Shown here piece after piece: positions 18,663 through 27,470 of a stretch of DNA of 64,000 bases; positions within the stretch are counted from its first letter, which is position 1; each line of letters starts with the position of its first letter. The position numbers and the translations under genes were made by a program. The notes under the pieces were generated by a model. It saw only the letters and a list, made by a program, of their open reading frames with translations. It searched no databases and had not been told where the DNA came from. Origin of the DNA: a virus; IMG/VR virus record IMGVR_UViG_3300020193_000015, one strand, 5' to 3'.

Positions 18663-19700
18663 ATGTTAGAGCAAATGTTTGAGTCCGTGCGCACACTTCT
18701 TAATTCCCACAATCAAGTAATCGGTGAAGGAAATCCTGGGTATGTAAACCCTGATGAATTTCTTACTGCCATTAAAGTTGCTGGTGGGACAAGTGAAGAA
18801 AGATTGAAAAGAATGTCCCATGAGGATATTTTGCATTTTCTTCCAAAGACTAATTATCTACCTATTATGTTGGCCAAGGATATTGCAAAGGTATTCCGTG
18901 GCAATGATAGTGTGAACCATATCGAAACAGATACGGTCGAAGCACAAAGCCGTAAGCCTGTCACATCTAAAAAGGCTGATAGGATGAGTTTGCGTGAACT
19001 TATCCAAAATTATGATCCTGAAGAAAATAATGCTGTTTCCAAGCGGCTTAAAGAGGTTTCTAGAAATGAACCTTTTATTGTGTTTTCAACTGATAATGCT
19101 GTTAATGTTGAAGTTACTTTAAAGTTATTGCTAGAAGTTAAAGGTGGTTTTGACGGTAGAACCGATTATAAAGTTGGCAATGACATATTTCCAGTCTACA
19201 AAGTTGGTGAAAGAACCGATTATTATGTAGATGAGAATCCGCTTTATGATAATCGCCCTTTGCGGCCTGATGGTACTTGTGATCAAACAGGAAGGTCATG
19301 GGAAGGTGTTGAACTTAAAATAAGGCAGCTAGTCAGGTTGGCTGTAGCAACTGGAGAACTTCATGTTAGCTTGGAAAATGCAAATAACATCTTGGATATG
19401 GTTTTATCTACAGATGCTTGGAGCAAGTTGACAACAAGGTATCGTAAGGCTACACTTAAGTTTAATGAACTTAGCAAGACTGGCGAATTACCTAAGTTAA
19501 AGATGGCATTGGGGGTTGCCCGCAAACGCCCTTTTGAGGATGGGAAGAAGGTTGTATTTATTAAAGAATCTTCTCCCAAAAACAAGCGTGGCCAACAGAA
19601 CGCTGGAATTTGGCAGTATCCAATTGGCGGTGGGGTTGCTCATCCTGATTGCATATACAAAAATGATGGCGGTAAGTGGACGATGAATGTTGAAAAGTAA
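18663..19700 (+). CDS. hypothetical protein
   Basis: ORF track; AAGGAGAACGAAATG RBS. Confidence 0.45.
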   Translation: MLEQMFESVRTLLNSHNQVIGEGNPGYVNPDEFLTAIKVAGGTSEERLKRMSHEDILHFLPKTNYLPIMLAKDIAKVFRGNDSVNHIETDTVEAQSRKPVTSKKADRMSLRELIQNYDPEENNAVSKRLKEVSRNEPFIVFSTDNAVNVEVTLKLLLEVKGGFDGRTDYKVGNDIFPVYKVGERTDYYVDENPLYDNRPLRPDGTCDQTGRSWEGVELKIRQLVRLAVATGELHVSLENANNILDMVLSTDAWSKLTTRYRKATLKFNELSKTGELPKLKMALGVARKRPFEDGKKVVFIKESSPKNKRGQQNAGIWQYPIGGGVAHPDCIYKNDGGKWTMNVEK

Positions 19701-19707
19701 AACTTTT

Positions 19708-19751
19708 AGCAAGTGCAGGTATTTTAATTGTACCAAGTACCTGCACTTGCT
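19708..19751 (+). terminator. perfect 14-bp inverted repeat AGCAAGTGCAGGTA/TACCTGCACTTGCT with the 15-mer motif in its 16-nt loop, followed by a T-run
   Basis: read directly. Confidence 0.6.
19723..19737 (+). promoter_or_regulatory. conserved 15-mer TTTAATTGTACCAAG (copy 1 of 12)
   Basis: exact 15-mer; next ATG at 19786. Confidence 0.6.
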
Positions 19752-19785
19752 TTTTCTTAAAATTTAAATTACAAAGGAAATTAAT

Positions 19786-20550
19786 ATGAAAAAGCAAAAA
19801 AAAGACAAGCCTACTACGATTATTTCTGTAATTTTAGATAAAAGCGGAAGTATGGGCGGGCGTGAAAAAGAAATAGTAGCTGGATATAATGAACAAATCC
19901 AGCAAGCTAAATTAAGTTCTAAAGATCAAAATATATTGTTTAATTTGATTTCGTTTAATGGCGAGGTCAGCGAGCATCATTGGGGTCAAAAAGTAGAAGA
20001 ATTACAAGAAGCTACAGTTGAAGACTATCAACCTGAAGGATCAACAGCACTTAGGGATGCTGTAGGTTATACGATAGATAAACTGTTAAAGACTACAGAC
20101 CCAACTGATCCTAATGTTGCGTATTTAGTTATTATAATGTCTGATGGTGCCGAAAATGCATCTAGGCATTATTCTCCATATGAATTGCAAAGAGTTAAAT
20201 CGCAGGCAGAAGAACATAAAAACTTTACTTTCACCTATATGGGATGTTCAGAGGCAATTGTAAAACAAGTAGCTGCTGAATATTCTATACCGTTGTCAAA
20301 TTGTGCTGTTTGGAGTAATAACAGTGTAGGCAGTACAGAATTTGCATATAAGGCTAGTAATAAGAGAATGAGTGAAAAGTATCTTAGTGCTAGAAGTGTT
20401 GGCAAGGGTGTATTAAATGACGTATATAGTGATACAGGTGGCATGGCTAATTTTGCTCCTGAAGAGGCAGCAGATTCAGTTGTACCAGATGTATCAGTAG
20501 TAACACCTGATAAGTTTAATATAACCAATACTGTAGATGTTCAGGGTTAA
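19786..20550 (+). CDS. von Willebrand factor type A (vWA) domain protein
   Basis: MIDAS motif ILDKSGSM. Confidence 0.65.
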   Translation: MKKQKKDKPTTIISVILDKSGSMGGREKEIVAGYNEQIQQAKLSSKDQNILFNLISFNGEVSEHHWGQKVEELQEATVEDYQPEGSTALRDAVGYTIDKLLKTTDPTDPNVAYLVIIMSDGAENASRHYSPYELQRVKSQAEEHKNFTFTYMGCSEAIVKQVAAEYSIPLSNCAVWSNNSVGSTEFAYKASNKRMSEKYLSARSVGKGVLNDVYSDTGGMANFAPEEAADSVVPDVSVVTPDKFNITNTVDVQG

Positions 20551-20584
20551 ATAAAAAAGGAACCCCTGTGCAATGGACAAATAA

Positions 20585-21349
20585 ATGAAAAGTGACTTTG
20601 CAAAAATCGTAACGGAGAGGCCAAGAGCAGGGGGCGGCTATAAAAACCCAAAAGGTTGGAATGCCCGTTCTCAACATCGTACTGCCAATCAATGTGAACA
20701 GGAAAACTGGCCCAAAAGGGAAAAAATCCGACAAAAATGGCAGTCCAGTTTCGGTGAGAAACAATTCACCGATGTTCTTGGCCCTCTCTACGGTTATCTT
20801 TTAAAGCAAGTTGGGCGTCATTGGGATGATGTATTTTCCGAAATCTGCGAGAATCTACCAGCCAATAACACCAATACCAGCCATGTCAGGGACCACGTTT
20901 TCGATTTCGTTGAGGTTGACGTGGTTATGGTTGATGGCGTTCCTTGTTATCGCAGAAGCTTTGGAAAATATACTTGGTTAAAGAAACAAGAATGGACTCC
21001 CTTGAGCGTCTATGGAAGTCGCCAATTCCAATTGTATGTTAATCCCGAAAATGGTTTACTCTGCAAACTTGAGAAAAAGAAAGAAGTCAAGAAGGACAAA
21101 AAAGAAGGCAAAGGTGTCATTGTAGACGATACCCATCAATACCATAAGATTGATGGAGTTTGGTATCTGTTGGCACTTAAGATCGTTAACCGTCATCCTG
21201 AATATTACGAACTTTTCTATGATGTTGGTTACAAAAAGAACTTTCGTGACTCTGAAATGTTCCGCCATTATGGAAAACGTTGCTATTGCATTCACAAAAC
21301 TCAATTAAACAAACGACAAATCAAAAAGGCTAAATTAAATGGAGAATAG
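20585..21349 (+). CDS. hypothetical basic protein
   Basis: ORF track. Confidence 0.4.
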   Translation: MKSDFAKIVTERPRAGGGYKNPKGWNARSQHRTANQCEQENWPKREKIRQKWQSSFGEKQFTDVLGPLYGYLLKQVGRHWDDVFSEICENLPANNTNTSHVRDHVFDFVEVDVVMVDGVPCYRRSFGKYTWLKKQEWTPLSVYGSRQFQLYVNPENGLLCKLEKKKEVKKDKKEGKGVIVDDTHQYHKIDGVWYLLALKIVNRHPEYYELFYDVGYKKNFRDSEMFRHYGKRCYCIHKTQLNKRQIKKAKLNGE

Positions 21350-21764
21350 GCCATTAATAGGTGTCGCTACTTGTATTTTCAAAGACGGTCAAGTTTTATT
21401 AGGTTTGCGTAAAGGTAAGCATGCCAATAATACATGGGGATTTCCTGGCGGGCATCTTGAATTCGGAGAAAAAATAGAAGATTGTGCCAGAAGAGAAATA
21501 GCTGAAGAAGTTGATGTGGAAGTAAATTGTTTAAGTTTTATATCAGTTGTTGGCAATGTTTATGAAGAAGAAAATAAACATTATTTGACAATACTTTATA
21601 CAGCCAATTATGTTTCTGGTGATTTAACAGTAAAAGAACCAGATAAACACTTGGAATGGAAATGGTTTCCCATCTGTGATTTGCCAGAAAACTTAATGCC
21701 TCCTGCCAAGAAATTTTTGAAGGAACTTAGTAAAGATACTTTGTGTTCGGTTATAATTGAATGA
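21339..21764 (+). CDS. NUDIX hydrolase
   Basis: Nudix box GGHLEFGEKIEDCARREIAEEVDV. Confidence 0.75.
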   Translation: MENRPLIGVATCIFKDGQVLLGLRKGKHANNTWGFPGGHLEFGEKIEDCARREIAEEVDVEVNCLSFISVVGNVYEEENKHYLTILYTANYVSGDLTVKEPDKHLEWKWFPICDLPENLMPPAKKFLKELSKDTLCSVIIE

Positions 21765-21938
21765 CACAACAACAAAATTTTTTAAATTCTTTGGTTGAAA
21801 TGCTCAAGGCATTAAATGATGATGAGAGAACAGAAGTTTTAAATAATTTCTGTCGATCTTGCGGTACGTATATACAGAGTAGTGATTGGGCCGACTTGAA
21901 TTATTGTTATTCGTGTTCCCCTGACCCTAGAGAATAAC

Positions 21939-22343
21939 ATGAGCATTTTTGCAGATAGATTGAAAACCCTTCTTACGGTGGACAATAGCTGTTTTGCCTA
22001 TACATTAAAAGAATGGGCTTATATATTACACAGACCCGTTGAGCGAATAGAAGATTGGTTTAATGATAAAGATATACCTAGTTTTTATACTTTAAACCTT
22101 ATAACTATAGTTTTTGAGCATTCCAGCGATATGAATGTGGAAGCCTTAGCCCAATTTAAAGAATTGTTTGACATGAATCCTCTTGATATATCGCCGCATG
22201 GGGCTAGAATGTTGCCTTCCCTTGGGGAATACATCAAACGCACTATTTTTTCCGACGAATCCAGTATATTAGCAAAACTAAATAAAGATGAGCAAGCTGA
22301 ATACCTATTAAATAAATATGCAAGCCAGCAAACTACCAATTGA
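21939..22343 (+). CDS. hypothetical protein
   Basis: ORF track. Confidence 0.4.
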   Translation: MSIFADRLKTLLTVDNSCFAYTLKEWAYILHRPVERIEDWFNDKDIPSFYTLNLITIVFEHSSDMNVEALAQFKELFDMNPLDISPHGARMLPSLGEYIKRTIFSDESSILAKLNKDEQAEYLLNKYASQQTTN

Positions 22344-22824
22344 GTCTGCATTACTTATAACCCCAACTCGTCAGATAGATGAAAGAGGGTCGCTTTTAGA
22401 AGTCTTTAATGAAGATGTTTTCAGGAAAAATGGTATAAACAATAAATGGGTAGGTATTGAAGCCCATGTTTCTAACAAAGATGTTATTCGTGGCATTTAT
22501 ATTACAGATTTTGCCAAGATAATAAGCTGTGTTAGTGGTAATGTTTTTTGTGCTATTGTAGACATGCGAATAGGTTCTAAGACTTATTTTCAACATATTG
22601 GTGTTGGTCTTAGTCCTGATATTGGAGTTCAATTATTTGTTCCTCCTGGTTGTGGGTATGGTTTCTTTTGCCATGTGGATAGTTCTGTATTGGTTTTACA
22701 AGAAGGCATACAAAAAGAACGTGTTTTGAAATATAATGATCAAAAAATTAAAATAAATTGGCCTAAACCTTCTGGGGCTGATTATATTTTATCATTAAGG
22801 GATAGATTAGCCCAATGCAATTAA
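22318..22824 (+). CDS. RmlC-like cupin (dTDP-4-dehydrorhamnose 3,5-epimerase-like)
   Basis: VFCAIVDMRIGSKTYFQHIGVGLS..LFVPPGCGYGF resembles the RmlC core. Confidence 0.5.
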   Translation: MQASKLPIESALLITPTRQIDERGSLLEVFNEDVFRKNGINNKWVGIEAHVSNKDVIRGIYITDFAKIISCVSGNVFCAIVDMRIGSKTYFQHIGVGLSPDIGVQLFVPPGCGYGFFCHVDSSVLVLQEGIQKERVLKYNDQKIKINWPKPSGADYILSLRDRLAQCN

Positions 22825-23006
22825 ATAAACTTTTTCCAGATAGAGTAGACGTTATAAGTCGTGAAACTATGATGAATGTAACTGATATTATAGCTTGGAT
22901 TTATGATAAGAATCCAGATATAGTATTGGAAGTATTTAAAGCATTAGGCAAGAAGCATAAAGATTCATTGAACCAGTTAGAAAATTATTTGGACATATAC
23001 CGATGA
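22815..23006 (+). CDS. hypothetical protein
   Basis: ORF track. Confidence 0.3.
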   Translation: MQLNKLFPDRVDVISRETMMNVTDIIAWIYDKNPDIVLEVFKALGKKHKDSLNQLENYLDIYR

Positions 23007-23464
23007 TGTACAGAACAAATCAAGAATGGTTTGATTTGATTGCAAAGGATTATCCTAATGAAGATTGGGATGCTGTTCCTGATGTGGAAACTTTACCAGA
23101 TATTTATAAGGTTTGTGGTAAATTTAAAAGCAAATTCAATTGCAGTGATTCATTTGTTGTTATAACTGAATTTAAAACATTGGAAGAGGCGAAAGCACAA
23201 GTGGAAAGGTGTAAAACTACCTGGGGTGTTGAATTTGATTCCATTGAGATAAAATCACAAAAGCCTAAAGAAGCTCTTTGGAAGTCATGGGCTAAAGAAT
23301 TACGTGAAAAGCTAATGGAAGAAACCGCTCCTGATGTTGTTCTTTCTCCAGAAGGTGCAGAACTTTGGGAAAAGATTGAAAATGATCCAAATTCTCCCGT
23401 AGGCCGTCCAGTCAATCATGTACGAAGAAGATTACCTGAAAAATCTGATAAAATTGATAAATAA
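23003..23464 (+). CDS. hypothetical protein
   Basis: ORF track. Confidence 0.4.
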   Translation: MMYRTNQEWFDLIAKDYPNEDWDAVPDVETLPDIYKVCGKFKSKFNCSDSFVVITEFKTLEEAKAQVERCKTTWGVEFDSIEIKSQKPKEALWKSWAKELREKLMEETAPDVVLSPEGAELWEKIENDPNSPVGRPVNHVRRRLPEKSDKIDK

Positions 23465-23467
23465 GGG

Positions 23468-23725
23468 ATGAAAACATTTAATCAATTTTTCGAAGCAGTT
23501 GATGAGCCGGTAGCTGGTTATGAAGATTTTATGGCAAATAGGCCACCTAAAGAGTTAGACCCTTTTCAAACAGCAGCACAAGAGGCACAAGACCATCTTA
23601 AACAGGCAATGGCGTCTATAAGTAAAATGTTACAAAATCCAATGGGCTGGGAACAACATCTTAATGCTTTTATTGAACAATTGAATGTTATGAGCCAAAA
23701 TTTGAACTATTTGCAACACAAGTAA
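23468..23725 (+). CDS. hypothetical protein
   Basis: ORF track. Confidence 0.35.
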   Translation: MKTFNQFFEAVDEPVAGYEDFMANRPPKELDPFQTAAQEAQDHLKQAMASISKMLQNPMGWEQHLNAFIEQLNVMSQNLNYLQHK

Positions 23726-23731
23726 GGCTTT

Positions 23732-23746
23732 TTTAATTGTACCAAG
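23732..23746 (+). promoter_or_regulatory. conserved 15-mer TTTAATTGTACCAAG (copy 2)
   Basis: 8 nt upstream of ATG 23755. Confidence 0.6.
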
Positions 23747-23754
23747 AGGCAGCA

Positions 23755-24018
23755 ATGAAACTTTTATTTTTTTCTGCCCCTGGTTGCGGTCCTTGCACCC
23801 TATTTTTCCCCATTGTGGAGAAAATTTCAGCAGATTTAAATTTAGAATTAGAGAAAATTGACGTTTCAGAGAACCTGGATTTAGCTGTGAAATATGGCAT
23901 TGGCAGCATTCCACAGCTTTTAGTCTTGGAAAATGATAATGTTAATGGTCGCCTTGTCGGTTTGTGTAATGAAAATGATGTATTTAAACTTCTTCAAGAA
24001 TCAACAACAAAAATGTAA
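23755..24018 (+). CDS. trx: thioredoxin
   Basis: CGPC active site (FSAPGCGPC); the ORF track starts at 23737, but ATG 23755 is likely. Confidence 0.75.
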   Translation: MKLLFFSAPGCGPCTLFFPIVEKISADLNLELEKIDVSENLDLAVKYGIGSIPQLLVLENDNVNGRLVGLCNENDVFKLLQESTTKM

Positions 24019-24028
24019 ATAATTAATA

Positions 24029-24958
24029 ATGTCTACGCCTTTACAGAAGAAATGGGCTGCAAAAAGTATTGATGCAGATGATGTTTATAACTATGATGAT
24101 GACTCAATAACATTTGTCTATGCACCAAAAAATGACAAATTGTACACAAGTAAATATCCCGATACACATATTGAAGTTGGTTATCAATTAAGTCCAGAAG
24201 AACAAGCTGCCCTTAAAGATATTAGCCGAAAAGCAATGCTTAATAAAGGTTATATTTTAGGCAGGATGGGGCATTTGCCTTGGAGCAAAGTAGAAGGCAG
24301 AGCATCAAATCAAGAAGATGCATTTGTTATTCCAGTTATAGCCTTCTGGAATCAAATTAACTTTACAGAAGCACAAATTAAGAGAACTTTACAGAAATTG
24401 ATGGAAGCGTATCCAGGCTATTTCATTGTTCCTGCAAACGAAGTAGTTGTAACAGGCGAAAGAGGAAATGGTGTTAAAACTTCCTTTTTATCAGATTGGG
24501 GAATGGAAATATCAGGAGAACCCCAATCAAAAAAAAGAGATGCCCCTGATTGCAAAGCACTTGAAAAAATAGACATTTTAGGCAAACCTTATGGACTGCA
24601 AGGCATTCTGGGGGCTATTCATTCTACCAAAGGCGAAGAACTAGGCTACCTAAGAGGCTCTTTCTGTAGTGCTTATCCTATAAAAAGACAACAAGCACAG
24701 GAAAAAGACTGCCCATTGCAAGCTAAAATGCTAGATGCCCTTTCAAGCAAATTTAAATGTGGTGAAAATGACTGGAATAAATACGTAAATGCTGGTAAAT
24801 TTGCCAGAAGGCAGCAACTTAAAAATATTTTCTCTAAACCAGAAGAAATTGATAAAAATTTTAGAACACAAAAAGAAATCGATGCCGCTTGGGATGAACT
24901 AATGAACAAAAAGGAATGTGTTTTAAATTTCAAATCCTGGCTAACTTCCAAAAATTGA
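24029..24958 (+). CDS. hypothetical protein
   Basis: ORF track. Confidence 0.45.
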   Translation: MSTPLQKKWAAKSIDADDVYNYDDDSITFVYAPKNDKLYTSKYPDTHIEVGYQLSPEEQAALKDISRKAMLNKGYILGRMGHLPWSKVEGRASNQEDAFVIPVIAFWNQINFTEAQIKRTLQKLMEAYPGYFIVPANEVVVTGERGNGVKTSFLSDWGMEISGEPQSKKRDAPDCKALEKIDILGKPYGLQGILGAIHSTKGEELGYLRGSFCSAYPIKRQQAQEKDCPLQAKMLDALSSKFKCGENDWNKYVNAGKFARRQQLKNIFSKPEEIDKNFRTQKEIDAAWDELMNKKECVLNFKSWLTSKN

Positions 24959-24993
24959 AATTTACTTTTCAAAAAAAAGCTATACAATGAAGT

Positions 24994-25167
24994 ATGGTGC
25001 GAGCTTATTGGTCCCAAAATAAACTAATTGTTGAACAAGTTTCACCCGAAAAAGAGGCAGAATTGGCCGATTTTGTACAGGAAACCCTAGATTTGGTTGG
25101 CATAGCTGTATTTGAAGGTATGGCCTATTCAACCGAAGCAACTGCCAGAGAAAAGTTGGAATTTTAA
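24994..25167 (+). CDS. hypothetical 57-aa protein (below the ORF-track cutoff)
   Basis: manual translation MVRAYWSQNKLIVEQVSPEKEAELADFVQETLDLVGIAVFEGMAYSTEATAREKLEF; its TAA stop lies inside the 15-mer motif. Confidence 0.3.
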   Translation: MVRAYWSQNKLIVEQVSPEKEAELADFVQETLDLVGIAVFEGMAYSTEATAREKLEF

Positions 25168-25177
25168 TTGTACCAAG
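25163..25177 (+). promoter_or_regulatory. conserved 15-mer TTTAATTGTACCAAG (copy 3)
   Basis: next ATG at 25219, which has an AGGAG RBS. Confidence 0.6.
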
Positions 25178-25218
25178 AACCGGAATCAGAGTTAAAAATA
25201 ACAAAAAAGGAGCTAATC

Positions 25219-26133
25219 ATGCGTCAAATTAGTTTTATTGTCACAAATGATGGGTCTATCTGTGCCTTTGCTAATAACAAGGCTTTCCCTCCCATCGCCA
25301 AAGATCATCCCAAGTATAACCAAGTAAAACAAGCCATCAAAGATGACAATGTTGATGAACTTAGTAAGCTTGTGGATATTGTGCAGCAGATTATCAATTT
25401 CTCTGATGGCAAGGTTGAAATCAAGGATGGGGTAGTTTATTACAACGGTCAGGCAATGCATAACGTGTTGACTAATAGGATTATTGGTCTTATGCGTGAA
25501 GATTTCCCATTTGCCCCTGTAGTTAAGTTTTTTGATAACTTGATGCAGAACCCATCTAGTTCCTCTGTAAATGAGCTATACACGTTCCTAGAGCATCGTG
25601 CGCTACCTATTACGGAAGATGGTCATTTCCTTGCCTATAAGCACGTTAGGGACGATTGGACTGATATTTGGACTGGCAAGATTGATAATAGTGTTGGCAA
25701 GGTTGTTGAAATTATCAGGAACCAAGTTGACGATGACCGCAACAAGGGCTGTTCTTATGGTTTGCATTGTGGAACCATTGAATATGTTAAAAACTATTCT
25801 GGTTCTGGTTGCAATGATGGTGGTCATTACATCATTGTTAAGGTTAATCCCAAGGATGTAGTTTCTGTGCCGTTGGAATCAAATTGCACTAAGCTACGTA
25901 CTTGCCGCTATGAAGTCCTTGGCATTTATAGTGGTGATTTGGTTGCTCCGCTTTATAATAATATGGGTGGGCCTCCTACTACCTTTGATGACCCAGAGGA
26001 TGAAGAGGAAGAGTACGAAGATTTTGATTTGGATAACGAAGAAGAGGAAGAGGAAGAGGAAGACGTTTTGGAAGCTGAGTTAGTAGACCCAACGGATTCC
26101 GATCATAGGTCTTTTAACCCAAATAACAATTAA
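25219..26133 (+). CDS. hypothetical protein with a poly-acidic C-terminal tail (DEEEEYEDFDLDNEEEEEEEED)
   Basis: ORF track (25168 alternative start); GAA/GAG triplet-repeat tract around 25990..26080. Confidence 0.45.
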   Translation: MRQISFIVTNDGSICAFANNKAFPPIAKDHPKYNQVKQAIKDDNVDELSKLVDIVQQIINFSDGKVEIKDGVVYYNGQAMHNVLTNRIIGLMREDFPFAPVVKFFDNLMQNPSSSSVNELYTFLEHRALPITEDGHFLAYKHVRDDWTDIWTGKIDNSVGKVVEIIRNQVDDDRNKGCSYGLHCGTIEYVKNYSGSGCNDGGHYIIVKVNPKDVVSVPLESNCTKLRTCRYEVLGIYSGDLVAPLYNNMGGPPTTFDDPEDEEEEYEDFDLDNEEEEEEEEDVLEAELVDPTDSDHRSFNPNNN

Positions 26134-26351
26134 TGTCTAATAAACTTAATTTGACATTTGAACAATTGTGGGATACTTTTGTTTTGGCCAATCCTATAAT
26201 TGGTGAAGGTCAGGAAATAACTATACCCACATTATTGATAAAGCAATTATGTGAAGTATCTTACGAAATAGGCCAAACCTACGAAGAAATTGAAGATTTC
26301 CAGGCAGCAATTGATGAAATAGAACGTTTAAAAAAGAAATTAGAGGAATAG
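26133..26351 (+). CDS. hypothetical protein
   Basis: ORF track. Confidence 0.35.
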   Translation: MSNKLNLTFEQLWDTFVLANPIIGEGQEITIPTLLIKQLCEVSYEIGQTYEEIEDFQAAIDEIERLKKKLEE

Positions 26352-26353
26352 TT

Positions 26354-26569
26354 GTGCGTTGGATATTTATTTTAGTTTGTTTTTTAATTTGTTCTTGCAG
26401 TAATAATAGCGACAAGGATTCAGGCCGTTGCCGTTGCGAGAAACCGACACCGGGCCATCATTGCACTTGTTATGCAGATTGTACATGTAAAGAAAACGAT
26501 AAGTGCAAGAATTGGTATTGCACATGTAGTAAAAGCCCAACAGAAGGTAAACCTTGGCCTAAAAGGTAG
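26354..26569 (+). CDS. Cys-rich putative lipoprotein
   Basis: signal peptide plus lipobox ICSCSNN; 12 Cys in the mature part. Confidence 0.4.
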   Translation: MRWIFILVCFLICSCSNNSDKDSGRCRCEKPTPGHHCTCYADCTCKENDKCKNWYCTCSKSPTEGKPWPKR

Positions 26570-26777
26570 TTAAAATAATGTAAAAATGTTTCGCCCACAT
26601 TTTTTACACCATCTTTTACCTTTATAGGAACTTTTAAATAAAGGAAACCAAGTGCCACACCAAGGGCAACGAAGGGCAATTAAACCACCTAGAAAACTAA
26701 GTATAGCCATCAAAACTGTGAATCCCATAATTTATATATGAGCCGTTATAAAGTAAGTTAAAATAAGAGGAAACACA

Positions 26778-27470
26778 ATGTTGAATGAAAACAAGATGGA
26801 CCTTAATTTATTTTGCAATAATCCAATATCAGCGATAAGGGCTATTTTAGCATGGCATTGGGGCAATCCTTTAATTGGCGAAGGTAATCTTTCTAAAGAC
26901 TTAGTAAGGGGATTACGTCTTACTAATAAATTTTGCAATGGTGATACCGATAATTTTACTCAATGGGATTTTTGGATTTTTCTTGATGAAAATGGAAAGA
27001 AAAGATGTAGCAAATGTCAAATAACAAAAGATACAGAAGATTTTAAAACTTCCAATAATTCCAAAGATGGTTACAAATCTGCTTGTATGAGATGTGAAAA
27101 AAATAGTGATTTGCTGAGCCAATATGGTATAACTTTGAAGCAATATGAGGCAATAGAAAAGAATCAAAATCATTGTTGTGCTATATGTGAATCAAAAGAC
27201 TCAAAAATTCCTAGAAAACATAGAAAAACTAAAATAGATGTATTTTGTGTAGACCATGACCACGATACAGGCGAAATAAGAGGTTTACTTTGTTTTAATT
27301 GTAATACTGGATTAGGGCAGTTTAAAGATTCTGCCGATGTTCTGGGAAACGCTTTGTGTTATTTGAGGAAGTTTAATTGTACCAAGAACGAGAAAAGTTC
27401 AACGAACAATCAAATAGGAAATACAAATGATTTTGGTACAGAACCCATTGAATTTGGAAAAGTCTGCTGA
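26778..27470 (+). CDS. endonuclease VII-family HNH nuclease
   Basis: CAICE..VDHDHDTGEIRGLLCFNCNTGLG. Confidence 0.75.
   Translation: MLNENKMDLNLFCNNPISAIRAILAWHWGNPLIGEGNLSKDLVRGLRLTNKFCNGDTDNFTQWDFWIFLDENGKKRCSKCQITKDTEDFKTSNNSKDGYKSACMRCEKNSDLLSQYGITLKQYEAIEKNQNHCCAICESKDSKIPRKHRKTKIDVFCVDHDHDTGEIRGLLCFNCNTGLGQFKDSADVLGNALCYLRKFNCTKNEKSSTNNQIGNTNDFGTEPIEFGKVC
27372..27386 (+). promoter_or_regulatory. conserved 15-mer TTTAATTGTACCAAG (copy 4)
   Basis: lies within the 3' end of the 26778 CDS (FNCTK); next ATG at 27427. Confidence 0.6.

Noticed and set aside
19723-19737. Equating the 15-mer with sigma-70 -10/-35 boxes or the Bacteroidetes -7 TAnnTTTG consensus
   Set aside because: The sequence does not fit either consensus convincingly. 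It is left as an unassigned conserved element
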